Below are positions 12,201 through 25,500 of a DNA stretch of 64,000 bases, piece after piece; the first letter of the stretch is position 1; every line of letters begins with the position of its first letter. Position numbers and translations under genes: made by a program. This DNA is from Peribolospora baueri. Its lineage: Eukaryota. Location: the NCBI GenBank assembly GCA_029717555.1, contig JAMDHS010000008.1, positions 186,001 to 250,000 on the forward strand, in the 5' to 3' direction. Below the pieces are notes generated by a model. It did no database searches. It was not told the origin of the DNA and saw nothing but the letters and a program-made list of their open reading frames with translations.

Positions 12201-13574
12201 GCGATAGACATGCGCACGATCCACGGCGAGCCGACGGCGGACTCGCGGACGACGCACTCGCGGAGGTACTTTTTCATGATGGTCTTGGAGAACGTGAGGC
12301 GGTCGCGACTGCGCGGAGCAGTGCGGTGGGAGGGACAAGGGAAAGGATGTTAGAGAAGACGATGGCGACGGGACGGAAGGGAGACTCACCTCAACGCCTT
12401 GGCCTTGACCTCCATGATGCTACCCGTGAACTTTCCCTCCTACGAGCAAGAAGGAAGAAGCGTCCTCCAAGGTCAGTGCGGGTACGAAGCTCAGGAGGCG
12501 TGGATGGGAAGACTCACGTCGTCGACGAGCTGGACATTGTAAAAATAAGCGTCCGGGTCATCAAGCTTGTCGGCCACCTTGAGCTCGAGTTCGAGATCGG
12601 TGCCAATGTGATGGATGACGTCCTCGGGCGACGCGGGACGCTTGGAGAGAAGCCGATCGTCGACGTCGCTCAGGCTGCTGTCGCTGTACGCGCCATCCAC
12701 AGCGGGCGCTTTGCCCTTGCGCGCCGGCGAGCCCTTGCCGTTGGCCCCGTTGGCGTGTGAGGGCCCGGCGGGCGTGGGCGGAGCGGGGTAGAGGTTGTTG
12801 TAGTTTTTGAGGAGGTTCTTCGGTGCGAAAACCTTTGTGATGCGCGCGAAATACCTGTGTGGCAGAGCGATGGGAGGAAGGGGTGCGTGGCATGAGTGAT
12901 GGTGACGGCGACGGATGGGCAGAGAAGAGTGGAAAGGCTGGGCGGCGCGAGCTACTCACTTATCGCCCTGCACGTCGACGAAGACGGACTCGCCATCGAA
13001 GAACCGGTCTTTGAAGCGGTCGTGCACGATTTCCACCAAGTTATCCAGGCGACCGGTTACCTCTGCGCGCGCGAGCGAGCAGCGAACGGAGAGCAGAGCG
13101 GCGAAACGGGATGCGAAAAAGGGAACAAAAGCGCGTGAGAGGGGCGCTCTGTTTCCGGCCTGTTCGCGGTGGCACTCACGGAATTGGACGGAGCGGAGGA
13201 TGGGCGCCTTGAGAGGCTCCGGGAAGCGTCGGTGGAGGAGGCTCGCCTCGGAGCGCTCGCTGTCGATGGCCTCGAAGTAGGTGAGGTTCTGCTTGCCGGT
13301 CAACTCGCATTGGAAGATGCGCTGGTTGTAGAACGTGACGCGGCCGATGTAGGACCTGAGCGTGAGCGTGTGGGGAAAGGAGAAGGGCAAGGGCGCGAAG
13401 GGTGGTGAGGAGGAGCGAGGGTGCAGACGGGGTGAGGTGGGCACGGGGCACTCACTCGTAATCGAGAAAGATCTCGCCGGTGTGCTGGAGGTAGAAGACG
13501 TCGGTGTCGGACGGGTACTGGAGCGGATCGGGTGGAGCGACCTCGGTGATCCGTTTCCTCTTGACGAGCGGCAT
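9273..13574 (-). CDS. ITC1: ISWI chromatin-remodelling subunit ITC1/ACF1-like (WAC, DDT, WHIM/WSD)
   Basis: MPLVKRK..VFYLQHTGEIFLDYESY..YNQRIFQCELTGKQNLTYFEA (WAC); KYPIEDL; LLMTWSFL (DDT); PLGRDRFFNRYWWFDG and WLRVKGLRE (WHIM/WSD). Confidence 0.88.
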
Positions 13575-13689
13575 GCCGGGCAGGGCTGTGGGCGACTCGG
13601 CGGTGGCGTAGGTGAGGTGGCGTCGGGGAGGGGCGTCGGGACGATGGAGATGGTTGTGCGAAGTGGAGAGGATCTAGGGTTTTGTACGA

Positions 13690-13805
13690 GTGTCTCGTGT
13701 CGTCTCGGGTCGTCTCGTCTCCAGTCGTTTCGTTCGTTTCTCTCGTCTCTTCTCGTCTCCTTTCTCTGCTCCGCTCTGATGTCTGCTCTGCTCTGCTCTG
13801 CGCAC
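13690..13805. repeat. Low-complexity pentamer-like repeats (TCTCG/CTCTG) just upstream of ITC1
   Basis: Visible iterations such as tctcgtctcttctcgtctcc and ctctgctctgctctgctctg. Confidence 0.55.
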
Positions 13806-14417
13806 TCCGATGTGCTCGCCGCCTCCTTCTTTCAGTCTTTCTCTGCTCTGCTCGCCTCGTCGCTCCGGCGGCTTGGAAGAAGAGGCGAACGAGGTGCCGC
13901 GGCAAGATTGGCTGCGGCGGTTGGCGTGACGTAGTGGGAGGGTTGGGCGGGGAGGGTTAGAGGAGTGGACGAGGTGGATGGGATGGAGGTGGTGTGACGG
14001 GTTGGGGTGGTGTGGTGGATGGCGATGGTGAAGGGGAAGAAGAAGCGGAGGAGGAAGAGGGCGGGCGGCGGAGGAGGATGTATGCGGGTTGGGCTACGCA
14101 GTGATCAGCTTCAAGCTTGCCTCGCCTTTCCTTCGACCACGCGTCCGTCATCGGCCCGCTTTCGTCCACACCACCATCATCATCCACCACCACCGCCTGT
14201 ACGCATGGATGTAGCACATGATGTATGTATGTACACGACTGCAACCCCGTGACCGTCCCCAAGCCAGCGCCCACACAGCGCCCACCACCCCACACGACGC
14301 GTCTCGAAAGGAACGAAAGAAAAGAAAAAGAAAACACACCCGCAGACGCGACACACAAGACAGACCAAGACAGACACCCCGATCGACCGACCACCGACCG
14401 GGCGGAATCGGCCGCCG

Positions 14418-15688
14418 TCAAGGCACCACCCGCCACTCTATCCACTCGCGCCCACCGTCCCTCTCCACCAGTCGCCACTTGGTCCGACACACATCCGCCA
14501 GCTCGAGTCTGCGAAAGAAAGAAAAAAAAAATCACACGCTTGCTCTCATCAGCCAAACCTCGCTCCCGGATCCTCCCGGAGCGTCGGACGGACGGACGAT
14601 CATCGACGCGCAATGCGACGCTCGCTCGCTCGCTCGTACCGGGTACGCACAAATCAACGCCCTTCGGCTCGAGCACAAGCAGCGCAAAGTTCCTCTCCGC
14701 CTCGTCGAGCCACTCTCGCTCCTCCTTGCTCACGTGCTCCTCCCTCGGATTCGGCAGCTCTAGCGGCCACGGACAGCTCGTGGCGCTCTTTGGCGCCGCC
14801 TCGTTCAGCGGCTCCGTCGGCTCCCCTCCCGGCGGCGGCTTCGTGGGCTTGCCCTTCAGCGGCGCCTCGTCCGGCGGCGCGCGCGTCTCGAAAGGGTGCG
14901 GCGTGCCCGGCACTGGCCGAGCGAACGACGCGAGCAGCGCCGGGCTCATCCGCTCGAAGATCCGCCGGCGCTCCCTGTCCCAGTCGAACTTGGCCTCCGC
15001 GCCTCGCTCGCCGGACGACGGCGGCGAGAGACGGTCGAAGGGGAAGAGGGCGCGCAGAGGGTGGCCGGCGGTGGGGAGGACGTGCATGGCGCCGGTGATT
15101 CGGAACTGATACTGGGGACCCTCCATCCACCACGCGATGCTTGCCTCGCCGCCCGCATCTCGTCCTCCCCTCTTGGCCTTCTGCTCCGCAGAGTCGACGA
15201 GTTGCTTCACTTTGGCCGTGCGCACGTCTGTCGTCGCCACGAGCACCTCGTTCGAGCCGAACCCTTCCTGCACCACCTCCACACCCCTCGGCGAGCCCAC
15301 CGCGTCCGCCTCGTTGACAAACCCCCGGTGGACTATGTACCGTACCTGGGGCTGGGGCACCGGCGCGCAGGTCGCGGGGACCGAGACGGTGGAGAGTGCG
15401 TAGTATACTGTTTCCGAAGGGCGAGTCATTTCCGTATTCAAGGACGGCAGGCGGTAGCGATTCAGTGACGCGAAAGACATCATCGGGCCGCCGCGTCGAC
15501 CTCTACAGCGATCATCTGAAAACCAACCCCCCACAAGCTGCTCCCTCATCATCTCCACCGGCGCGCCACGAGACGACCAAACGTCCACCGACCGACTCAC
15601 GAACGCTCTTGTCTTCCTTGATGTATCTGCCCAGATTCTCCGTCAGGATCTGCTTCCAGCGGGGGTTACACGATGTGGCGGCGGTCAT
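14418..15688 (-). CDS. Pyridoxamine 5'-phosphate oxidase-like FMN-binding split-barrel protein
   Basis: PRWKQIL start region; YALSTV..PQVRYIVHRGF, TTDVRTAKVKQL, WWMEGPQYQFRITG, NFALLVLEPKGVDLLEL..RTKW; the last intron rejoins the Leu codon TT|A; TGA at 14418. Confidence 0.75.
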
Positions 15689-16142
15689 GGTAGAGCGACG
15701 TAAAGAGGGGAAAACGCGGCCTGCTTGCTTAGAGCTCAAGGAGTGGTGTGGTGTGCGCCGCCTCCAGTCCGTCGCACGCTTCCCATCCCATTCCATTTCA
15801 AGTCTGCTTAGCTTGCTGATGGAAGGCGCCTCGTTTAGGTATCCGATCGATCGGACGCGGCCGATCACGGTTGCCGCAGCAGGTGCAAGCCTCGCACGTG
15901 GCCCAGCCGATGATCGGATGGGGCCGCTTCCTCTCTCTCCTCCCCATGTCTTGTGAGCTTGTGATGTGAGATAGGACGACGGAAGCTCGACCAGCGACAC
16001 CGACCGCCGCTTGCCCCATCGATCCACACACACCGACACCGTTCACCATTCCCCCCCTTGTCCGAGCGACTTCAAGCTGGCCGCAACACGCACCCCCGTA
16101 GCCCTCCTCCAGGCTTGCACCCGCCCCGTGTCCGTGCGAGCC

Positions 16143-18540
16143 ATGACTGCGCTCCCCAACCTCACCCTTGGCTGGGGAGCGGGAGCGGGAGCAGCCAAGT
16201 CAAGCGTGCATCAGTCTGGCGCTGATCAGCTCGGCCCAAGCGAGGGTGCGCGCAAGGAGGAGGGCATCGCCAACGAGACGTCGCCGCCGGCAGAGACGGC
16301 GACGGTGAGCGTTGGCGGGAAGCGAGTCCCGGCGGCTGTCGGGGCGGACGGCCGCGGCAGGCACTCCTTCGACAGCATCCTGCACGCGTGGAGCTGGACT
16401 CGGAAGCCCAACTCCAGCTCCAGCTCCAGCAATACTACCACCACCACCGCCAGCACCGCCGCCACCATCACCACCAACGACGAGCCTCCATGTTCGCCCT
16501 CGGCAAGAGACGGGAGGAGGACGCCGCGTTCGGAGCCGCCTACGCCGCTGTCCAGCGCTGCTCGACCACCGTCCCCATGGCCGCGAGGCTCGCGCACACC
16601 CTCACCCTCACCTTCGCCGGGAGCATCGACGTCACGAGATGGCGAAAGCTCGTCGTCGGCGTCCTCCTCGTCGCGCCCCGCCTTCGCCATCGACTCTGCC
16701 GCCCTCACCCCCACGCTCTCCGTCCCCGCTGCCGCTCGCCTTCCTGCCCTTCCCCCCTCCTTTGTCTCCGCAAGACGGCCCCGTCACCCGCTCCTGCTCA
16801 ACAACCTTGCTCGGGCCACGCTGCCGACGTCCTCATTATCTGGAGAGCTCGCCAGCACAGGCTGTAGTTTCGATGGCGGCTTCGTCGCCAGACCCAAGGC
16901 CACGTACGCGCCTGCCGGAGGACACCCGACCGCCGACGGACATGGTCGATCTAACCGTACGCACTGGGACGGCGTGGAACGAGGGGAACGGGACCAAGAC
17001 GGGCTACCGCGAAGACGATGGAGCCTCGCCAGCAGCGTCGATACGATCATCGGCTCCGGTCACCGCCGAACCTCGTCCTCCTCCGCGGAAGCCTCGCTGG
17101 CCTCCTTGGACGGCGGCCCCGTCCTGTCCCCCTCCCTGGCCGACCGACTCCGCTCGGCGCTCGGATGGCAGGAGACAGAGGCGGGCAGGAAGGACGCGGC
17201 GGCGTGGCTGAGGGAACACAAGGAGGAGGTGGAGAGATACATGAAGGAGGAGGACAAGGGCGCGAGCTTGGAGGACGACTTTTGGCTTATCAAGGACCAC
17301 TATCGTACCCCCAAGTTGCCCTTGGTCTTCTGTCACGGTCCGTTTTCCCGAGCACTCTTCTTCCTCTGTCGGTGCCGCCTCGTCTCGTGTGTCGCTGACA
17401 TGTCTGCGCCTGTGCCTTTGCCTTTGTGCCCACGCGTCCCACCAGGTCTGTTCGGTTTCGACGTCATCGGTCCAAAATCGATTCCCCCGCTGACGGTAAA
17501 CTACTGGCGAGGGATCGTGGAGATCCTCGAAGAAAACGGCGCAGACGTCTTTGTTACCCGCGTCCCTGCCAGCGCTTGTATCGAGGAGCGAGCCAAGAGG
17601 TTGCGCGACCTGATCGAGGCGAAGTACGCTGGAAGGGAGATCAACCTGATCGGACATTCCATGTTAGTCGTTCACACGTCTTCTGTTCCGCGTTGCCTTT
17701 GCTCATCCCTCTGTTCCTCCTCCGATTCGCTCGTCCCTCTCTTCCTCCTCCGATTCCAACGCGCATCCGTGCACCTAGGGGCGGCCTCGACGGACGATTC
17801 CTCATCTCCCGCCTGGACAAGACCTTTCGAGTCCGCTCGCTCACCACGATCGCCACCCCGCATCGAGGCAGCGTGTTTGCGGACTACTTCCTGGACAAGA
17901 TGCTCGGCCGGGACAACCTTCCAGCCCTCAAATCCGTCCTTGACACCTTGGCCATCCCCGGCGGAGGAGCGGCGTTCGAGGATCTCACGATCGAGAAGAT
18001 GAAGGAGTTCAACGAGCTCACCAAGGACGAAGAAGGGGTCAAGTACTTTAGCTACGGGAGCGAGTTCGAGCCCGGCTTCTTTGATCCGTGAGTGCGACGA
18101 CGGGCGGGCAGTCCACCGAACCTCTTTCTCAACCTCGTGTCTCCCCTCTCCACCGCCGCCCACAGCTTCCGAATCTCGCACCGCGTCATCCTCGCCAGCG
18201 AAGGCCCCAACGACGGCCTTGTCTCGGTGCAATCCGCCAAATGGGGCACTTATAAGAGCACGCTTCAAGGCGTGTCCCATCTCGACCTCGTCGGATGGGT
18301 GAACCAGGCGAGATACCTGTGGGCGGACCTGACCGGAAAGAGGCTCAGTTTCAGGCCCGTCTCGTGAGTTCGCCCGGTCGCGATGCTGAGATGATGGAAG
18401 TGGGCGCAGCGAAAGCGAAATAAGGACAAGACGGTCCAAGCGCTCACCCAGTCATACTCCGTCGTTTCCGCTTCTTTTACCCTCGCTCCGCCTAGGTTCT
18501 ACCTACAACTAGCCGAGGATCTCGCGGACGAGGGCTTCTG
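16143..18540 (+). CDS. TGL2: Triacylglycerol lipase (alpha/beta hydrolase, TGL2-like) with long N-terminal extension
   Basis: PLVFCHG-LFGFD, YWRGI, GHSM|GGLDGRF nucleophile elbow, TIATPHRGS, NDGLVSVQSAKWG, HLDLVGW; ends FYLQLAEDLADEGF-TGA. Confidence 0.8.
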
Positions 18541-19519
18541 ATAACCCTGTATACGACCTAGGCCCACTACGGACCTCCCTCTAATTCGCGCGACACCCCG
18601 TTCTCATGCAAGGATGCGCACCGCGACACTCCCTTGTTTTGGTCTTTAGCTTTCCCGACCGCTCAGCGGTCCGACCCACCTCCGCCCATCCCGTGTCGTG
18701 TCGTATCATGTCGTGAAGATCGACCATCCATCCCCTTGCTCTGACTGACCGCTCGAAGGATGTCTAGACTGGCAACGATAATCTGTACCATTAGCGGATA
18801 CGACCGTGTTTGTGAGTTCTTCTAGGCGGATGTTCTGGCGTCCGTGACCGAATAGAATTTGTTTTCGAACAGAATGCGTGCACGCTGGCACGGTCTGCCG
18901 AAGGGCAGACGATGGGGCGTGCTTGGCTTGGCTCCCCGACCTGGGACGCGAGCCCAGCGCCTGGTCGGCACGAATCAGACTCATCTCCCCCGTCCCAGGT
19001 CCCCAATGCCGCGGGGATCCCTGAGACTTCCTTCGATCTCTCCCCAACCTTCGCCTCCAGATCCGGAAGAGCAATGGCGCCCGAGCCCGCGGGCTTGTCC
19101 AGCCGAACAGGGACCCGTTATCGTGGGCCGCGAGTATCAGATTAACGAGTCCATGTCCGCCTATTTCCGCGGCGCGATCGCCCGACGGTGGTGATCTTGC
19201 TTGCATGGACGGCCGCCGGCGACCACCATCCATCCTTCCTCTACCTATCTATCTATCTCCTCCATTGGTTCTTTGCCTGCCGCGAGCGAGGATGCTCTAC
19301 GCCTGAGCTGGCTCGGGTCCCCAGGACCTCTTCTCCATCTCTTCGCTCGCTCAGACCGCCCCGTTCGTACCCCCGTTCGCGTGCCTCGATCCTACCTCCC
19401 GCAGAAGCTAGTCGTGTTGAGCCGAAGCTTGCTCCCACCCCAGCCTCGGACCATTGCTCCCTATTTATTATCGCCCCCACCTCGTCCTCCGACTGACTGA
19501 ATGCTTTCTGTCCCCTACA

Positions 19520-22500
19520 ATGGATCCCGGAGATGATCCGAAAGAGATACAAGCCAACGAGATCGAGGTGCTCAAGAGCATCTTGATGGATGATTTTCAG
19601 CTCTTCGAACCCGCTAGCGTGTGGAAGGTGGGTGGATGGGAAAAAGGCATCGCATTTCGAACGCGCGGATTTGGAGTGGTGGACGGAGGCGTTGTAGCTC
19701 GCGTTCTCCTGTGGCGTCTTGAAGTTGAGTTCAACGTTGATTTACGTCGACGCCCACCTTCCAGAACGCGCCCAAGCTCCACGAATTCAAGGTCCAATTG
19801 CTGCCCTTAGATGAGGAGCTCAAGCCTCTCGTCCGAATGACCCTGCACGTACGGTACGTACATACGTCTCAAGTCCCAAAGCCAGTCCGTGTGCGCGGAT
19901 CGTCCACATGAAACCGATTGGTGACACGCCCGTTTCCTCCTCTCGCGCTAGGCTGCCGAAAACCTACCCTCGCGCGGTACCCACCTTTTCCCTTCTCTCT
20001 CCGACCGGTCTATCTCCATCCCATGTCGCCCAACTCGATTATCTTCTTCATGCCAAGGCGCGAGAGTTGGTCGGCCAGGAGATGATTTGGGAGCTCGTGA
20101 GCCTCGCGCAAGATTTTATCACGGCCAACAACTCGGCTTCCAAAGGCGGGAAGAACGTCAGTCTGAATGAGGAGATGCAGCGAAGAGCGGACGAAGCGGA
20201 GAAGGTGAGTCAGCGCTTTTTTTTTTCCTCGAACGCCGTCTTTTGATTCCAAAGTCGATTTTGACCTCTCCATCTCCCCGTGGTCAGGCCGAGCAGCGCC
20301 GGGCCGCCGCGGAAGCGTCGGAAGCGGCGCAGCGCGAAGCGGCACGTTCACTCGAGCTCGCCCAACTGATTCAAGACGACGTCCGAAGGAAGGAGGCCAT
20401 GCTCCAGCTGGAGAAAGAGAAGCGGAGAGGACAGGTGTCGGACGGAGACGGGGACTCGGACGCTCGACGGAGCGTGGCGAGCGACGTCTCGACCGGTGGA
20501 CTGGAGACTTTCGAGGACGGCGTGAGCGTCGGTGAGGGAGAGAGGTGCAAAGCGGTCAGGGTTGGCCCGGTCGTCCACCGTGGTGAGTTATTTCTAGTAT
20601 CGCTTTCACATGGCCTACGCCGTTCGACCCACATCGCCCCCTCCCCGCGGTGCGTTTGCGCCTTCGTAGGTCCTCTGTCCCACACGCACTTCGCTCAACC
20701 GGTCGACCACGGGTTTTCCGAAGACGGAGTCTCCTGGCTCCTTGAGGTATACGACATCATCTCTCCCTACTACCAGCACTCTGGAAAGCGCAAGCTGCAG
20801 GAAGTGGAGAAAGAGCTCGATCGATTGAGGGGCATCCGGCACACGTCACTGGTCAATGTGCTCCAGGCAAAGCTCGTGCGGGTGCAGTATCTCGAAGCTT
20901 CCCAACCGGCTGCGTGGAAGCTCAGTATCCTGACGGAACGGTGTGAGCGAGGAAGCACGCTTGACTGTCTGCTACAGATGACCGGCGAGCTCAAGTGGGA
21001 GAGAGCAAAGGTTGGTCCTTCTCTGTCATGCAAGGTTTGAACGCCGCCGGTGGACCTCAAAAGTAATGTCCACTTTTTAATTGCACAGGAATACCTGGCA
21101 CAGATTTTGTCCGCACTCGATTGTCTCCATTCTAACAACCTGTGTCATCGAGGCAAGTGGAGCTGTTTGTTTTTCAGCTCTCGGAGCTCCTAACGCCGTT
21201 TCTGATCTCGCCGTACCGGTGCTTTCTGGCTCGTCCGACAGGCTTGTCACCCATGACCATTCAAGTTTCCGCAGGTCAAGCCGTCAGCGTCAAGCTGGTG
21301 GGTGCAGGCTACCGCCGACGCATGGCCGACCTCCACCGCTCAAATAGTCTGAACGGTCCCGAGGACGTCGAGGACGACCTATCGGAAGGCTGGCGCGCTC
21401 CCGAGTCACTCGAACACCCCTTCGTGTTCACCCGCAAGCGCGACGTGTGGGACTTGGGCAGGGTGCTCCTGCAGATGCTTTACGGACTCGACATAATCCA
21501 TCAATATGCAAGCCCGGAGCAAGTCTTGCGAGCTTGTGAGTGTCGTCTTCGTGAGCACGGCAAATTTGACGGCGCTGATTATTCGTTTCCTTCCATCTCC
21601 GCCCAGCCGGCAAGAGCATTGGAGATTCAGTTGCAGAGGTCCTTGCGTGGATGTTCGAACCGTTGCCCAAGAAGAGAGCCTCCGTGACCGACCTGGCGTC
21701 CAGGTTGTCGGCACTGGAACTAGAGCTATCCATCATCGATCGAGAGCCGCCGACGGAAGGGTTACCCTTTCGAGGGTCTCTCTTTGCCCAGCCGCCATCA
21801 GAAGGCTATGCGAAGGGCAAGGTGCGATCTCCGGGGCCTCCAAAAATCCTCCCATTCGGGACCTCCCCTCCTGGTCTGGCGTCGTTTTGGCCCACCAATG
21901 ACCCGCGGCCAGGCTCTTTCTGGCAGCTGAGGCACGCCCTGCCCTTGCCAGGTAGCTCTCGGTATAGGAACGACTTTGACGAGGTGGAATTTCTGGGAAA
22001 AGGCGGCTTCGGCGAAGTCGGTGAGTTCTTCGCGGTTCCCCCGTTCGATTACCGGCGCAGGCGTCCCGTCCTGTTAACGTGGGCCGTTCGTTGCTTCAGT
22101 CAAAGCTCGAAACCGACTAGATGGGCGATTTTACGCGGTGAGTTTTCTATGGGTGGCCGACGCTTGTTGTGCTATTTGGCCATAATCGCTTCGTTGCCTG
22201 ATTGATCTGATGTTGAGATCGGGCCGATTACACCCCACAGATCAAAAAGATCAAACTGAGTGGGTCTGTAGAAGGCGACGAACGCACCCTCAGGGAGGTG
22301 ACGGCCTTGTCCCGGCTCAACCACCCGCACATCGTCCGCTACACCACCTGTTGGATCGAAAGCAACGAGGATCGCACGGAACCGCTACTCTCGGACACGT
22401 CGTTCAGCGAACAGCAAACGAGCGAAGGTTCTATCGCGACTTCCGACGATGACATCGATGAAGAGGATCTGGCCGCTGCTTTCGAAGACGATTTTCTGTC

Positions 22501-25500
22501 CGTGGGGCACGACGCCTTTTCCAAGAGCGCCTCCTATCCCCACATCCACTTCGGCAACGAGTCTGATTCGAGCTCGGACGAAGACGAGGAACCCCACCCG
22601 CCGTCTTCCAGGCGAGGTAAGCCCCGGCGGGGTATGCTATCGAAGCCTGGGGCCCACAGTCTTCCGCCACCGCCCAAGTTCAATCGAACACTTTACATTC
22701 AGATGGAGTTTGTAGAGAAGCAGACGCTCAAGGAGGTGCGTCTTCTCTGCTATTTCTGGTTGCTTTGACCTGCCAACCGTTTCGGACTCCATCGTTCTCT
22801 TTGCAGGCAATCGAGGAAGGTATATCTGAGGAACAAGCGTGGAAGATTTTGAGGCAAATGACCGAGGCCATGGTTCATGTCTCGTCGCTTGGAATCATCC
22901 ATCGAGGTGAGATGAGCCTCACTGCAGCTGCACTGATGGTTCCGTCATTCCTGAACGTTCCTGCCTTTTTACGCATTGCCGTCTCCAGACCTCAAGCCCT
23001 CAAACATTTTGATGTGTAAGTTGTCCAAGAGCTGTTGTCACTTCGTCATCATGACTGAGGACCACTCTTTTGCACCTCGCAGACGGTAATGGCGACATCA
23101 AGATTGGTGACTTTGGCCTTGCTACCACAAATGTCCAGGCCGTCGAAGCGCCCGAGCATTTGGCGATCTCCACTCACACCGAACTGTCGGACTTAACTTC
23201 AAGTGAGCAAGGATCGCGAGAGTTCGTCCTGTATCTCTCTCCTTGCCTTGCTGAGCCGTCTTCCTGCTCTTGCAGATATTGGCACCTCCCTGTACGTTGC
23301 TCCGGAGGTGACCGCATCGACCCGAGGAGGACCAAAATACAACCACAAAGTCGACATGTTCTCCATGGGAATAATTTTCTTTGAGATGCTCGCCTCCGGA
23401 CGATGTTACTCGACCGGTGGGTATGGTCAAAGGATGGCTCAGATGAGAGCAGAGTGCTAACATTCGTTTGTCTTTCGCTGCTTTTTTCCAGGAATGGAGC
23501 GGATCGTCGTACTTCGTGAGCTGCGCAAGCTGGGCGCGCCACTGCCACCTTCGTGGCCGTCAAACCGTTTGGTTAACCAAACGAAGATCATCCGTTGGCT
23601 CTTGCAACATGATCCCGCGGATCGACCGACGCCTCTCGAGCTCTTGCGAAGCGACTTACTTCCCCCAAAAATGGTGAGTTATTCACCGTGGAAGTTCTGA
23701 CCTGGATTGTTTTCCCCGAGCATGTCTCATCTCCTTTCTGCCGACCCGCTGGACAACACAGGAAGACGAGTTCGTAGAGGAGTGTCTACGTCTAATGGCG
23801 AGCATGAACAGCCCGTACCATGACCAACTTCTGACTGCGCTTTTCAGTCGCTCCGAGTTGGACCCCGTCCGAGACTTCACTTTCGAAGCCGGTGCCGACT
23901 CGGACCAAGACGACGCTTTGACCCTCGTGGTCCTCGAACATCTCCGTCTCCTTTTTCGAAGCCACGGTGCCGTCCACATGGAAGCGCCCCTCCTGCTTCC
24001 GCCCAACGACTGCTACCAGGGCAGGGAAAAGCGACCAGTGCAGCTGCTCGATAAAACGGGTCGCGTGGTTTTGCTGCCTTACGATCTAACGGTGCCCTTC
24101 GCAAGGATCGCGGCTCGTAGCGAAGAACGACGGTTGAAGCGGTACGTGATCGGCAAAGTATACCGAGAGAACTTTGTGGCCGGCGGTCAGCCGCGTGCAG
24201 TCCTCGAAGTGGACTTCGACATCGTCTCGTGAGCACTCGTTCGCCCTGCTCGCTTCCTTCCGTCATCAGCGCCATCCCAAATCATTGCCTAACTCTTCGA
24301 TGTTCAATTTGTTCAGACCACTGCGAACAGCCGCCGCTGAGGCGGAAATCCTCGCTCTCGTAGACGAGATACTCGACTTCTTTCCTGGATTGGCGACGAC
24401 AAACTGGCAGATCCACATATCTCATGCCAACGGTGAGCTTGCGGAATCGATTCATTCGTCTTATTGCTTACGTACTGCGTTCGGGCGTGTCGGAACGAGC
24501 GCTGAGCCGTCTCTCTCATCTGCTCAGTGGTTGACATCGTCTTGGAACGAATACCTGCCAAACATCGTCGTGGGGTTTTGAACGCCTTGTCGCAACTGGG
24601 ACAGAAAGCTACGATGGCACAGGTCCGCTCGCAGCTTAGCAAAAACTACAAGCTTCCGCGATCGATCATCGACGAGCTGGAAACGTTCGATGTCTGCGGT
24701 CCCATCGACAACATCAGCGAGAGGCTGGACCGACTGGTGGCGCGCGAAGATCGCGGCAAGTGGATGGCGGCGTTGACAGAGATAAAGGACGTCATCAAGA
24801 CCACGCAGCACCTCGGCGTGCATCGTAAGATCCTGTTCTCGCCACTGCTCCAATACAACGTCTCGTTGTACAAGGGTGGCACTTTCTTCCAGGTAGTCAA
24901 ACCAGGCAAACGGAAGGATGTGATTGCCGCTGGCGGGCGGTGAGTCTCTGCTGGCCATTGACCAAGCACCGTCATTTGACGCGGAGCTCATCGCGTGGTG
25001 CGCACCTGAATTGCCTATTACAGATACGACCACCTCATCAAGAAGTTCTCATCCCCTACAATGACGCACCCTCCGTCGCACGCCGTAGGCGTACAAATCG
25101 CAGTCGAAAAGATCGCTCTGGCACTATCGAAGTACCAGACCCTGACCGTGCCGCGGCTGGTGAGCCTTCCTAACGAGATCGAGAGATCGTTTGGCGTCTG
25201 GACACCACGGCGTTGCGACGTGTACGTGGCCAGCGGGAGAGATCTGCTAGGTGAGAGGCTGGAGCTCTGCAGAGAGCTGTGGGCTCACAAGATCGCAGCG
25301 GATTTGGTGAGTCGCCCAGTAAACGTCATCTCGCGCGTTTTTATGTCACTGACTGGATGGCCACATATGGTACTTTACTGTCATTGGTTAGATGTACGAC
25401 GATGCGATTGAAGCGTCCCCAGAAGAGACAGCGAAGGTATGTCGCAAGGAAGGTATATTGTTTCTAGTCCTGGTCAAGCACAAAGGGAGTGTCGTCAAGG

